Assembly (NCBI GenBank): GCA_963754315.1 | Contig: CAVWFS010000019.1 | Coordinates: 832,001-896,000, forward strand | DNA length: 64,000 nucleotides | Origin: an uncultured Candidatus Rokubacteria bacterium | GTDB lineage: Bacteria > Methylomirabilota > Methylomirabilia > Rokubacteriales > CSP1-6 | Direction of reading: 5' to 3' | In this document: positions 20,507 to 30,262 of the stretch, piece by piece | How positions within the stretch are numbered: position 1 is the stretch's first letter | Layout: each line of letters begins with the position of its first letter | Notes under the pieces: generated by a model | What the model saw: the letters and a program-made list of their open reading frames with translations, nothing else | What the model was told of the DNA's origin: nothing | Database searches by the model: none | Position numbers and translations under genes: made by a program

Positions 20507-23500
20507 TCAGCCGCCCGCCGTGGCCAGAACCTGACGGGCCTGCTTGGCTTCGGCGAAGTTCGAATCGATCGTCAGCGCGCGACGGAGTTCATCCACTGCC
20601 TCCTCCTTCCGGCCCTGCTTCAGGTAGACCAGACCGAGATGAAAGCGAATGGTCGGCTGACGCGGCAACAGCGTGGCCGCTTCCCGGAGCGCCTCGCCCG
20701 CCGCGTCGTACTTGGCTGTCTGGAAGTAGACCCAGCCGAGGGTGTCGAGAATCTCGCCCCGGTGGGGAGTCAGTTCATTCGCTCGCTTGGCAAACTTGAC
20801 GGCATCATCGAGGTCGCTCTTCCGGTCAGCCAGGATCAGGGCGAGATTGTTGTAGGGTCGCGCATCCCTCGGAGCGAGGGCGATTGCCTTACGGTACCAG
20901 GGGATCGCCTGCTCGAGTAACCCTTTCTGCTGGTAGGCGAGACCAAGCCCCGTGTAGGCTAGCGCGTTCTTGGGCTCCAGGCCCACTGCCTTTTGGAACT
21001 CCGCGATGGCCCGCTCCTCCTGTCGCTTCTCAAGGTAGGCGCCACCTAGCACCATATGGACTTTGGTCAACCGGGGATTCAGGGTGAGGGCATCGTTGGC
21101 GCGGGCGATCGCATCGTCCGGCCGCTGCTGGGCTAGATACAATTCGGCTAGAGCAAGGTTCGCTGCGGGCAGCTTCGGATTCACCCGGACCACCGTCTCA
21201 AGGTGCCCCAGCGCTTTGTCTCGACGTCCTTGCCGAAGATGCAGATTGGCCAGGGCTAGATTCGTTCCGATGTGACTGGAATTGACCTTCAACGCTGCGG
21301 TCAAGTCCTGGACGGCCTGTTCGGTACGCCCATCTTGCAGGGCAAGCGTCGCGAGCGCGGCCCAGGCGGGAATCAGGCCGGGATTCAGCTCGACCGCCTT
21401 GCGAAGCGAGGCCTCGGCCTCAGCATGCCGACGACTAGCAAGGTAGGCTTGGCCCAACGCATACTGGGCCGTGGCGCTTCCGGGCGACTTCATCACATCC
21501 CCTCGAAGCTGATCGATGGCCAGCCTGTCTTTGGTGGCCGCGCCCAGGAGCGCGGTCAGCTCCTGCGCTTGCTCGGCCATCTTGGGCTCGAGCTCGAGGG
21601 CCCGTTGGTACTCCGCCCGCGCCTCCTTGACTCGCCCCAGGAGTACGTACGTACGGGCCAGCTGATAGTGAGGTGCCGCCGCCTTAGGCGCCTCCGCGGC
21701 AGCGCGCCTGAACTCGTCCACGGCGAGATCGAGCTGCCAGGTCTCACGATACACGACCCCGAGCAGCACGCGCGCTTCCGGCGATTTCGGCGTGACCTTC
21801 AGGATCGCCTTAGCGGCCCGGATCGCCTCGTCGTACTGGCCGGTCTTGACGGCGAGATCCCCGATCGGCAGGTGCAGACCGGTCAGCTCGGGGTGTGTCT
21901 GGATGAGCGCCTTGAGATGCGTGGACGCCTGGAGGTACTGCCCCTGTTTGGCATGGATACCGGCAGCTCCCAGCCCGGCGCTCAGATTCGAGGGGTCGAT
22001 CTTCAGGACACTCTTGAAGTGCTCGAGAGCATCGTCACGCTTGTCGTCGAGCAGGGCTAACAAGGCGAGGTTGAGATGGGCGGGCACTGATGTGGGGTCG
22101 GTAGCCAAGATCCTCTTGAACTCGGACGATGCCCGGGCGCGCTGCCCCTTTCCGGCCAGGGCCGCACCAAGGAAGGCACGGGCCCGGATGTCCTTCGGGT
22201 TGGTTTTGAGGAGATCTTCCGCCCGGTGGATCACTTCGTCGTATGCCTTCTGGTTCAGATGGGCGGACAACAGCGCAGTCTGCGCCCGAGGGTTCTGCGG
22301 TTCGGCGCGAAGAACCTCAGAAAAGATGCCGAGCGCCGCCGGAGCGTCGCCCTGCACGTCGCGGAGCACACCGAGGCTGAGCTTGGCCGATGTGAAAGAG
22401 GGGTCTTGCTGGAGTGCCTTCTGGAACGCCGACTGAGCGCGCCCATAATCCTTGAGGCCCATGAGCGCCATTCCCAGGATCTCGTGACCAGCAGGGTCAT
22501 CGGGGCGCTCGAGAAGATAGAGATCGGCATGCTTGATCGCCTCTTCATACCGGGCCAGCTGAAGGTTCGCCGCGGCCAACTGACGTTGCACGCCCGGGAC
22601 GCTGGGTTGGAGGCGCCGGGCACTCTCGAAGGCCGTCAAGGCCTGTAGGGGGCGGGCATCGAGCGCATAGGCCAAGCCCAGACGAAACTGGGCTACTGCG
22701 CTCTTGGGCTGGGCCTTGACGACGATCTCGAACTCGCCAACGGCCTCCGCCCCGCGGCGTGTGCCGAGATACGCCGTCCCGAGCAGAAAGTGCGGGGCGG
22801 GGAGCTGCGGATAGCGGCGCACGAGTGGCGCCACGACGGCCTCGGCCTTGGCATACTCGCCCTTACTCAGGTAGAGCTCTCCGCGAAGCAGCTCCATAGG
22901 ATAGTCTTGCACGCTCTTGGCGACAGCCTCGATCGTCTCGAGGGCGAGGTCTGGCTTGCCCTGCTGGCGGTAGGTCAAAGCGAGGTTGAGTCGCCCCTCT
23001 CGGTGAAAGCGATCGATGGTCAGCACCTTCTGAAACGCCTGTTCGGCCTCGCCGAGACGGTTGTTCCTCGCGTGAAGGACGCCGATGCGCAGATGGGCTC
23101 CGGCATGGGTCGCGTCGAGGGCGAGGGCTCGATTCAGGTCGCGAAGAGCATCGTGTGTCTTTCCTTGGGCGAGATAGATGCTGCTTCGCCCGACATACGC
23201 GTCGGCGAAGGCAGGGTCGATGCTCAACACCGTGTCGAAGGCCCTGAGGGCCTCGTCGACTTTTCCGAGCCCGATCAGGGCGTTTGCCAACAGCGTCTGC
23301 CCACGTGTCGACCGCGGATCCTGCTTCAAAAGGTCGCGGGCGACCCGTTCTGCTTCTCCCGAGCCTCCGATCTCGAGGAGCACGTCTCCGAGTTCGAGCG
23401 CGGCTTGACTGAGACTTGGATTGAGTTCTAATGCTCTCTCGAGTTCGCGGCGGGCATCCAGGACCATCCCCTTTCGCCGGTAGGTCCGACCCAGGTGCCA

Positions 23501-23695
23501 TCGTCCCTCCGCGTCGTCGGGAACGAGTTGCAGGCCATTGCGAAAGGCGATGACCGCTTCGTTGTACCTGCCCCCGTTGAGGTCCCTCACGCCTTGGTCG
23601 TAATACTTCTGCCGCTGGACCGAAGGATCGCCGCCGCAGCCGCTACTGACAATCCCCGCCAACAGAAACGTGAAAAGCAGCCGGCGGGTCATCAT
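20507..23695 (-). CDS. prsT: PrsT-like TPR-repeat lipoprotein
   Basis: Lipobox IVSSGC; more than 20 TPR units; NNLALILA and DTLGWVY near the C-terminus; sits beside an exosortase locus. Confidence 0.8.
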   Translation of the reverse strand: MMTRRLLFTFLLAGIVSSGCGGDPSVQRQKYYDQGVRDLNGGRYNEAVIAFRNGLQLVPDDAEGRWHLGRTYRRKGMVLDARRELERALELNPSLSQAALELGDVLLEIGGSGEAERVARDLLKQDPRSTRGQTLLANALIGLGKVDEALRAFDTVLSIDPAFADAYVGRSSIYLAQGKTHDALRDLNRALALDATHAGAHLRIGVLHARNNRLGEAEQAFQKVLTIDRFHREGRLNLALTYRQQGKPDLALETIEAVAKSVQDYPMELLRGELYLSKGEYAKAEAVVAPLVRRYPQLPAPHFLLGTAYLGTRRGAEAVGEFEIVVKAQPKSAVAQFRLGLAYALDARPLQALTAFESARRLQPSVPGVQRQLAAANLQLARYEEAIKHADLYLLERPDDPAGHEILGMALMGLKDYGRAQSAFQKALQQDPSFTSAKLSLGVLRDVQGDAPAALGIFSEVLRAEPQNPRAQTALLSAHLNQKAYDEVIHRAEDLLKTNPKDIRARAFLGAALAGKGQRARASSEFKRILATDPTSVPAHLNLALLALLDDKRDDALEHFKSVLKIDPSNLSAGLGAAGIHAKQGQYLQASTHLKALIQTHPELTGLHLPIGDLAVKTGQYDEAIRAAKAILKVTPKSPEARVLLGVVYRETWQLDLAVDEFRRAAAEAPKAAAPHYQLARTYVLLGRVKEARAEYQRALELEPKMAEQAQELTALLGAATKDRLAIDQLRGDVMKSPGSATAQYALGQAYLASRRHAEAEASLRKAVELNPGLIPAWAALATLALQDGRTEQAVQDLTAALKVNSSHIGTNLALANLHLRQGRRDKALGHLETVVRVNPKLPAANLALAELYLAQQRPDDAIARANDALTLNPRLTKVHMVLGGAYLEKRQEERAIAEFQKAVGLEPKNALAYTGLGLAYQQKGLLEQAIPWYRKAIALAPRDARPYNNLALILADRKSDLDDAVKFAKRANELTPHRGEILDTLGWVYFQTAKYDAAGEALREAATLLPRQPTIRFHLGLVYLKQGRKEEAVDELRRALTIDSNFAEAKQARQVLATAGG

Positions 23696-23780
23696 AAGGG
23701 TCGTCTCCCTGGTGTCTCGACATACCATTGGATCGTGGCCTCGAAGAAGAAGCCAAACTTCACTGGAACCTTGGGGAATA

Positions 23781-23795
23781 GCAAACTCCGGGCCA
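23781..23795 (-). promoter_or_regulatory. sigma54 -24/-12 promoter upstream of the TPR gene
   Basis: Minus strand TGGCCC-GGAGT-TTGC, exact GG-N10-GC spacing, about 85 bp upstream of the ATG. Confidence 0.75.
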
Positions 23796-23869
23796 GAGAT
23801 GCCAGGGACAAGAGCTCATGCAGAAGCACCGGACCGTGCGGGGTTGCCGAGCGGGGCCCAGGCGGTCAG

Positions 23870-23926
23870 CTTTGGCGGCGGCGATGCCCTTTGGCGGCGG
23901 CGGTGCCCTTTGGCGGCGCGATGCCC
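23870..23926. repeat. Three tandem ~19-bp direct repeats
   Basis: CTTTGGCGGCGGCGATGCC / CTTTGGCGGCGGCGGTGCC / CTTTGGCGGCG-CGATGCC. Confidence 0.85.
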
Positions 23927-24140
23927 TAACGTGACCTCCGCGACTCAGAACTGGTCACCCACGGGAGCTATCGTCAAGAGTTGTGGATTGAGTGAGTTCG
24001 GGGCCGGCTGGCCCGGGCTCCTCAACACGCTGACACCGCATCGCGAGCAGCTCGCCGCGTGGCTTGGCGAAGGCCTGCGGCTGACGAAGATCCACCGACC
24101 CCGCCCTCGTTCGCCACGCGACGGGCAAGGGCTAGTTGCA

Positions 24141-24545
24141 TCACGCCGAACGCTCCTCGATCTGCTGCACCAGGGTCGTGATCGATCGTGGCTCGCCGGC
24201 CCGCGCCTCCGTGACGTACGCCATCACGGCCGGAGTCAGCTTGTGCGCGCTCCGCCGTCCCCGCTTGCGCGGGACCAGTCCGCCCAGCCCGGCTTGCACG
24301 AAGGCCGCGTGCGCTTGGTAGAAGGTGGGCCGCGACACGCCGAAGGCCTCGGCCGCGCGCGTCACCGGCGCGCGCTCGACCCGGACGCGGCGCAGCATCT
24401 CGTACTTGACCTGTACCAGGTCGCGGGCACCGAAGAAGGCGCTCGCCCGAAAGGTCTCGTCGGCGACGCTTGCCGGCCGTGGGTTGAGCGTGCCGTTCCC
24501 GCGGAGGGCACCCAGCTTGGGATCGGGCTGCGGGCGCCGAGGCAT
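24141..24545 (-). CDS. HTH protein of the y4bC type (accessory gene of a serine-recombinase element), 3' truncated
   Basis: GTLNPRP..V.D..F....FF.ARDLVQVKYEMLRRV...FGVSRPTFYQA...GLVPRKRG...AHKLT. Confidence 0.7.
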   Translation of the reverse strand: MPRRPQPDPKLGALRGNGTLNPRPASVADETFRASAFFGARDLVQVKYEMLRRVRVERAPVTRAAEAFGVSRPTFYQAHAAFVQAGLGGLVPRKRGRRSAHKLTPAVMAYVTEARAGEPRSITTLVQQIEERSA

Positions 24546-24740
24546 CTGTAAGTATATTTCCGCCTTTTACCCGAAGACACGCACCCAGTTCGCCAGCATT
24601 CACGTCGGTATAGTCGCTAGAATGCCCGCCACCGGGCTCGCGGCCCCCTCTATACATTCGGCGTCTATTTCTTAACATAAACGGCGCAATTTCCTTTACA
24701 CCGGATCGCCCGTTCCAGCACCACGTCCGGCGCGCCACCC

Positions 24741-24975
24741 TCACGGCGTCAGCCTTTCCAGCAGGTCGGCCACGCGAAACAGGCATCGGCCCGCCGCCAG
24801 CGTCAGCAATGGATCGGGCTCGACGACGCTCGTCCACGTGGCGGGGACCGCCCGCAGCCGTCCGTGCTCGTCGTAAAAGCACACCCGATCCTCGCCCCAG
24901 GCCTGGTGCCACGCGACCAGTTCGATCTCCCGGCCGCGCTGCGGGTGGAACGGGTGCGTTATGCGAACAACTCGC
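24741..24975 (-). CDS. DUF5372 (Y4bD/Y4pK-like) protein; start not identified
   Basis: RITHPFHP.RG......W.QAWGEDRV......G.L..VP..WT...PDP......GRC.FRVADLL. Confidence 0.7.
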
Positions 24976-26116
24976 GGCGCTTCGTGCCTATCCCGTGCAG
25001 TTGACGACCCTGACCAAGCCGAAAGTGGAGCGCGGAATTCCCTACTGTCGCGAGGATTTCTCCGCGGCGAGACCTTCCGTGATCTGGCCGAGATGCAGGC
25101 GCCCGCCGTGCGGTGGTGTCGGGATATCGCTGGCCCGCGTGTGCACGGCACCGCGCGCCAGGTGCCCCGCGTCGTGTCTGAGACGGCGGAGCAAACCGAC
25201 GCTCTTGCCGCTTCACGGGGGCACGACGGCCCGGAACTCACCTTCTGCGGATGCCGGCTGCAGGTGCGGCGGCCCCGCGTGCGCGGGAGAGCGATCAGGA
25301 GGCGACCCTGTCACCGCCGAGTTGGACAATCCCTGAAAGCGGGGTCGGCGATGAGGCCGTTGTCCCGCTCAGATGGAGGATCCGGACGCTTGTCAGATCC
25401 TCCCCGCGAGCCAGATTCCGGTGAGCGTTGCCGAGAGGGCAGGCCGGCCGATGACGTAAGCCCAGACCCTTCCTCGAGTTCGGCCACCGGGGCACACCAA
25501 CATCATGGCAATCTCGCGTTTGGCATCTTCTTGTGATCCAAATGTCCCTATTTCGGAAGATAATGACAGTTTTGCTGTGCATCGTGTCCGCCGAGAGACT
25601 TCGAGGGCGTCGATGCGAATAACTCTCCAGAGGCTGCCAGGCTTCAAGGGACCTCCGGAGAAGACGGGATCTGAATAGTCATTCCTCGACCCAGGACAGC
25701 ACCCCACGTCAGAAACCTGTTCCACCAGCCACTTACGATACCGGTCCTTCCGAACTCTGACCGCTCTCCCCATGAAGGGCGCTTCCATACCTCCCTCACC
25801 CGATGTGTCGGGTGCAAGCGGTCTCCGCCGTGGCCGATGGTGGACGAAAATCTTGAACTTGGCCAGATAATTGCGGGGCGCTTCATGCGGTGAGGGCACG
25901 CGTGGCCGTCGATCTGAGGCAGTGTCAGGGCCAGCCAGCTGACGCAACGTCAAGCGGACCTAGGCGGACCACCATGTCACTCACTTGACCTAAGGAAGAG
26001 ACGCTGAGAGGCGGCGCCGCTGCGGCGAAGTATGACCCTTTGGTGACAAGCCTTGCACAAGGGCCCTCGCCTGCGTCATAGTCGTCCGCGGGTCGGGTAA
26101 GGGCGCCGTCGGAGAG

Positions 26117-27532
26117 GTGACACCGTTGCGGGTGATCGTTCTGGATGAACATCGCGAGGTGAGTGAGCGCGCGAAGCGCGTCCTGGGACGTTTGGGCGTA
26201 CGCGTCTCCTTCGCCGGCTCTGTTGCCGAGCTCGATCTGCTGTTGGCCAAGAGCGTGCCCACGGATGTCCTCATCGCCAACCTTGCCGGGGAGGCCACGG
26301 CCTGGGAGCTCGCCGCCCAGCTTCGCTCTGTGCGTTTCCTCGGCAAGACGCTGATCCTCGTCGAACGGCCCGCCGAGGCTGACATGGTACGCTCGATGCG
26401 GGTTCCTCGGAGTGAATGCGTCATCCGCCCCGCTTCCGTAGGTCTTATCGATGATCTTCTTCAGCAGGTCGCAACGGACTCGCTCGAGCCGGTGTCAGAA
26501 CGCTCCTTCGAGCCTCATCGCGCCCACGACCATGAAGCCTTCAACCACATCGAAGCCTTCAACCACATCGTTGGTCGATCGAAACCCATGCGCGAAATCT
26601 TCTGGCGCATCGAGAAGGTCGCCAACAGCGACGCCAACGTGTGCATCTACGGCGAGAGCGGTACGGGGAAGGAGCTCATCGCACGCGCTCTTCACCATGC
26701 GAGTGGGCGGCGCGATCGCCCCTTCATCGCTCTCGACTGCACGACGATCCCGGAGGGGCTGATGGAGAGCCACCTTTTCGGACACGTCAAGGGGGCGTTC
26801 ACGGGGGCGGTCGACCACCGAGAGGGTGTTTTCTCCCTAGCCCACAGCGGCACGCTCTTCATGGACGAGCTTTGTGAACTGAGCCTGCCCCTCCAGGCAA
26901 AGCTTCTCCGCGTGGTTCAAAGCCGCGAGTTTGTAAAAGTGGGGGGGACCAAGCCCGTTCAGACCGACATCCGCCTAATCACCGCCACCAACAAGGAGCC
27001 GAAACAGGAAGTCGATCACGGCAACTTCAGGGAGGACCTCTACTATCGGTTGGCGGTAGTCATGATCAAGGTGCCTCCACTGCGGGAACGGAGCCATGAT
27101 ATTCCTCTCCTCGTGGAGCACTTCGTGAGGAAATTTGCCGCCGCCTACAATCGGCCCATTCGTGCGATCTCGCCAGCGGCCATGCGGCGCCTGGTCGCCT
27201 CACCGTGGCCGGGAAACGTCAGGCAGCTCGAGAATCTTCTCGAGCAGGCGGTGGTGCTGGCCGACGGGGAGACGCTCAATGAGTGCGATCTCTTCACCGA
27301 GGACCCGATCGAGGAGACATTAGCCCAGACGTCCTTTGTCAGTTTGGAGCGGGGGCTTCCTCTTCGCGAAGTCGAGCGACGGTATATCCTCCGAACGCTT
27401 CAAACCTGTCAGGACAACCGGACGGAGACAGCTCGTCGTCTCGGCATTAGCGTCAGGTGCCTTCAGTATAAATTGAAGTCCTACTCACTCGCGGACGGGG
27501 CGCCGCTCGTCGACGGTCGACAAGCGCGGTAG
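26117..27532 (+). CDS. sigma54-dependent Fis-family activator with a degenerate receiver domain
   Basis: GESGTGKE, FGHVKGAFTGA, LFMDE, WPGNVRQLEN, C-terminal HTH. Confidence 0.92.
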   Translation: MTPLRVIVLDEHREVSERAKRVLGRLGVRVSFAGSVAELDLLLAKSVPTDVLIANLAGEATAWELAAQLRSVRFLGKTLILVERPAEADMVRSMRVPRSECVIRPASVGLIDDLLQQVATDSLEPVSERSFEPHRAHDHEAFNHIEAFNHIVGRSKPMREIFWRIEKVANSDANVCIYGESGTGKELIARALHHASGRRDRPFIALDCTTIPEGLMESHLFGHVKGAFTGAVDHREGVFSLAHSGTLFMDELCELSLPLQAKLLRVVQSREFVKVGGTKPVQTDIRLITATNKEPKQEVDHGNFREDLYYRLAVVMIKVPPLRERSHDIPLLVEHFVRKFAAAYNRPIRAISPAAMRRLVASPWPGNVRQLENLLEQAVVLADGETLNECDLFTEDPIEETLAQTSFVSLERGLPLREVERRYILRTLQTCQDNRTETARRLGISVRCLQYKLKSYSLADGAPLVDGRQAR

Positions 27533-27578
27533 CAGCGGCTTTTATGGCGGAGAATGGCCGATGAGGGTAGGAAGACTG

Positions 27579-28430
27579 ATGCGGCTTTGGGCGGCAGTGG
27601 TGATGGCACTCGTCCTCTCGCCTTCGCCAGGGCCGGTGTCAGGCCAGGATGAAGTGCCGTATCGCATCGGACCGGACGATGTGCTTGTGGTTTCCGTCTG
27701 GGACAATAAGGATCTCGACCAGGAGGTATTCGTCCGGCCCGACGGCAAGGTCTCACTGCCCCTCGCGGGAGAAATCCAGGCCGGAGGCCTGACGGTCGCC
27801 GAACTCACCAGCAAACTTGCCGAGATCTACGGCAATTACGTCCAAGGAGCGCGGGTGACGGTCGGAGTCCGGGAGATCCGGAGCCGTCCCATCTTCTTCG
27901 TGGGAGGCGTCGGGCGGGCAGGAGTCGGACCGGGCGGTCCCGCCACCGCCGCCGGCGCGGGGACTATGCAGCTCACTCAAGGGTTGCGGTTGCTTCAGGC
28001 AATCTCCCTGGCCGGTGGGCTGGTGCCTGGCGCGGATTTGGAGTCGTCGTTCGTGCTCCGCGGCGACAAACGCATCCCTGTCGATTTCGTCAAGCTCATC
28101 CAGAGGGGTGATCTGTCGCAGAACATTCGGCTCGAGCCCGGAGATACCATCGTGGTCCCGGTGGCGGACGGGGTGTTCGTGCAAGGTGAGGTGAGGACTC
28201 CGGGAATCGTCAGGTTTTCTAGGGATCTCACTATTGTGAGGGCCATCGCGCAGGCAGGGGGGTTCACACCGTTGGCGGCACCATCGAGGGTGACCGTGCT
28301 GAGAAATGAGGGTGGGAAGCGGGAAAATATCAAAGTCGATGTCGCCGACCTCATCGACCGACCGCACGTCAAGGAAGACGTGCCGCTGAGGCCGAACGAT
28401 ATCGTCATTGTTCCTCAGAGGCTCTTCTAG
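27579..28430 (+). CDS. Polysaccharide export OPX protein (Poly_export plus SLBB domains)
   Basis: YRIGPDDVL, VRPDGKVSLPLAGEI, AIAQAGGFT, LRPNDIVIVP; no lipobox Cys. Confidence 0.9.
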   Translation: MRLWAAVVMALVLSPSPGPVSGQDEVPYRIGPDDVLVVSVWDNKDLDQEVFVRPDGKVSLPLAGEIQAGGLTVAELTSKLAEIYGNYVQGARVTVGVREIRSRPIFFVGGVGRAGVGPGGPATAAGAGTMQLTQGLRLLQAISLAGGLVPGADLESSFVLRGDKRIPVDFVKLIQRGDLSQNIRLEPGDTIVVPVADGVFVQGEVRTPGIVRFSRDLTIVRAIAQAGGFTPLAAPSRVTVLRNEGGKRENIKVDVADLIDRPHVKEDVPLRPNDIVIVPQRLF

Positions 28431-30225
28431 ACATTGTCGCCCCGCCGCGGGGGGACGAGTCCTTCCGGCCTTGATCCTGACGGTATTGCTTGCTCCGGCA
28501 AGCGGGTTTTCGCAGCAGCCACCGATCATGTCCCAGACGCAGGTCGCGCCTCCGGCTCCCGGTCTGCCCGAATCACCAAGGTTTCTCCCCGAGCCTGGAG
28601 TGTTCCAGCCCTCGAGTCCGCCGTCCAGCGCGCCACAAAGGCCACCCGGGTTCCTCGAATCACCTAATTTCCTGCCCGCGCCAGGGCATCCACAACCGCC
28701 AGCGCCAGTGCCGGATCCGGCCGTACCTCAAACACCGACACAACTCGCCCCAGGCGTTCCCCAGATTGCTCCGGGACTGCCACTGCCGTCTTCGGGCGGG
28801 GTTCCCGGCTTCCCCGCCGCCCCGGGTTTTCAAGCGCCCGGACTGCCCGGATCGACGCTCAGCCCGGCGACTCCGACCTCCCCTACCCTGACGTTGCCGA
28901 ACACACCCACCGCACCTCTAATTCCCTACGGACCGATCGGCCCGCGCCTCGGACCGGCAGATTCGCTGGCGACCCCTCCGCTGCCGCCGCTGCCCACGGT
29001 TCCCTCGGTCGCCCCTCTTTCGTTGCCGTACGGGGCTCTCGACGTGCCAGCGCGGGCCCGATTCACCCTGCTGCCAACACTAAGCCTCTTCGAGGAGTAC
29101 TCGGACAACTTCAACCAGACCACGACGAACAAGCAGTCGAACTTTCGATCGGGAATCGCCCCCGGCCTAGCGGTCTTGTTCAGCGAGGGGCCGACGCAGG
29201 GCCTCGCCGGTATCACGTTGGCGGGTACCTACGACACCTCCGACGATGAATTCAGCCTGTTCCCCGCACTCTCAGCTCAGGTGAGTTGGCGGGCAACACC
29301 GCGTCTCATACTGACAGTGGCCAACAGCTTCACCGTGAGCGATCAGGCGACTCAAGCCGATACGTTGGGCCTGCGGACAGGGCGCGACCAGTATACGAGC
29401 AATCTCTTAGCAGTCACCGCCGATTACTTCTTCCCCACTGTCGCCATGCGCGGGTACTACCGGCTGGGAACCTTCTCGGGAATCGGCGGCAGTACCACCA
29501 ACGCGGTTGGGCTAGGCGCAACCACGGCCTACGCGACAAACGTCTTGAGCGTCGGCTACGAATACCTCAACAGCCGGAGCAGCGACGACCCCTCCCAGGA
29601 CATCGATTCACAACTGGTCGTCGCTTCAGTGGGTCGACCGCTGAGTGCCCTGCTCTTTGCCGGCGTGGCTGCCTCCTACATCTACACCACCGAGAGCGAA
29701 AGCCAGGGGGGGAACTTCCAGATCGCGACCGTCGAGGTGTTCGGCCGTTACGTGATCCAGGGAAGGTGGCTGCTGAACGGCAGCATCGGGGTGAGCCAAC
29801 TCTTCGCTGAGTCTGAGCCGAATAGAACCGTCCCGGCCGGATCTGGCAATCTCTCGTACTTCTTCCCGGATGGGGTGGCGACTATCGGCTTCAGCACGGG
29901 CTTCGCGAATACCTTCGCCTACGGCCAGAACTTCGGAGTCATCTACACGTCGGGCGTCACCGGCGCCGTGTCCTACCGTTTCACGCCGCTGATCTCCGGG
30001 TTCGCGGGTGCCTACTACCGAATCAATATTCCCGCCGACGTCGGCGGCGGTCTCGATAGCATCAACAGAGACGTCCGCGGAGCGTCGATAGGCTTAGGAG
30101 TTCAGCTCCGTCCCTGGCTCAATCTTAATCTTGGTTACTCCTATATCGATCAGAGCAACCCGACCGGCGGGGCCCAACCCTTTACGGAGAATCGCGGTTT
30201 CATCTCCTTCAATGCAGCGTTCTAA
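28408..30225 (+). CDS. Outer-membrane beta-barrel protein (TIGR03016-like) with a Pro-rich N-terminus; start uncertain
   Basis: PTLSLFEEYSDN, alternating hydrophobic strands, C-terminal FTENRGFISFNAAF with terminal Phe. Confidence 0.75.
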   Translation: MFLRGSSRHCRPAAGGRVLPALILTVLLAPASGFSQQPPIMSQTQVAPPAPGLPESPRFLPEPGVFQPSSPPSSAPQRPPGFLESPNFLPAPGHPQPPAPVPDPAVPQTPTQLAPGVPQIAPGLPLPSSGGVPGFPAAPGFQAPGLPGSTLSPATPTSPTLTLPNTPTAPLIPYGPIGPRLGPADSLATPPLPPLPTVPSVAPLSLPYGALDVPARARFTLLPTLSLFEEYSDNFNQTTTNKQSNFRSGIAPGLAVLFSEGPTQGLAGITLAGTYDTSDDEFSLFPALSAQVSWRATPRLILTVANSFTVSDQATQADTLGLRTGRDQYTSNLLAVTADYFFPTVAMRGYYRLGTFSGIGGSTTNAVGLGATTAYATNVLSVGYEYLNSRSSDDPSQDIDSQLVVASVGRPLSALLFAGVAASYIYTTESESQGGNFQIATVEVFGRYVIQGRWLLNGSIGVSQLFAESEPNRTVPAGSGNLSYFFPDGVATIGFSTGFANTFAYGQNFGVIYTSGVTGAVSYRFTPLISGFAGAYYRINIPADVGGGLDSINRDVRGASIGLGVQLRPWLNLNLGYSYIDQSNPTGGAQPFTENRGFISFNAAF

Positions 30226-30262
30226 GCAGCATCGCTCCGATGCCGGCGGTCTCTATGCGCAC

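Larger units (their letters stand above)
24027..25180 (+). mobile_element. IS21-family istA fragments flanking a second element's genes
   Basis: 24027-24098 LTPHREQLAAWLGEGLRLTKIH; ~25007-25180 KPKVERGIPYCREDF and, after a shift, GETFRDLAEMQ..AVRWCRDIAGPRVHGTARQVP. Confidence 0.7.

Noticed and set aside
23870..23926. Possible CRISPR array
   Set aside because: Repeats are contiguous with no spacers, and there are no cas genes.
26041..26057. sigma54 promoter upstream of the 26117 activator
   Set aside because: GG-to-GC spacing is 11 rather than 10.
25300..26100. ORFs 25393-25953, 25295-25582 and 25644-25886
   Set aside because: No recognisable motifs or codon bias; treated as intergenic or decayed sequence.
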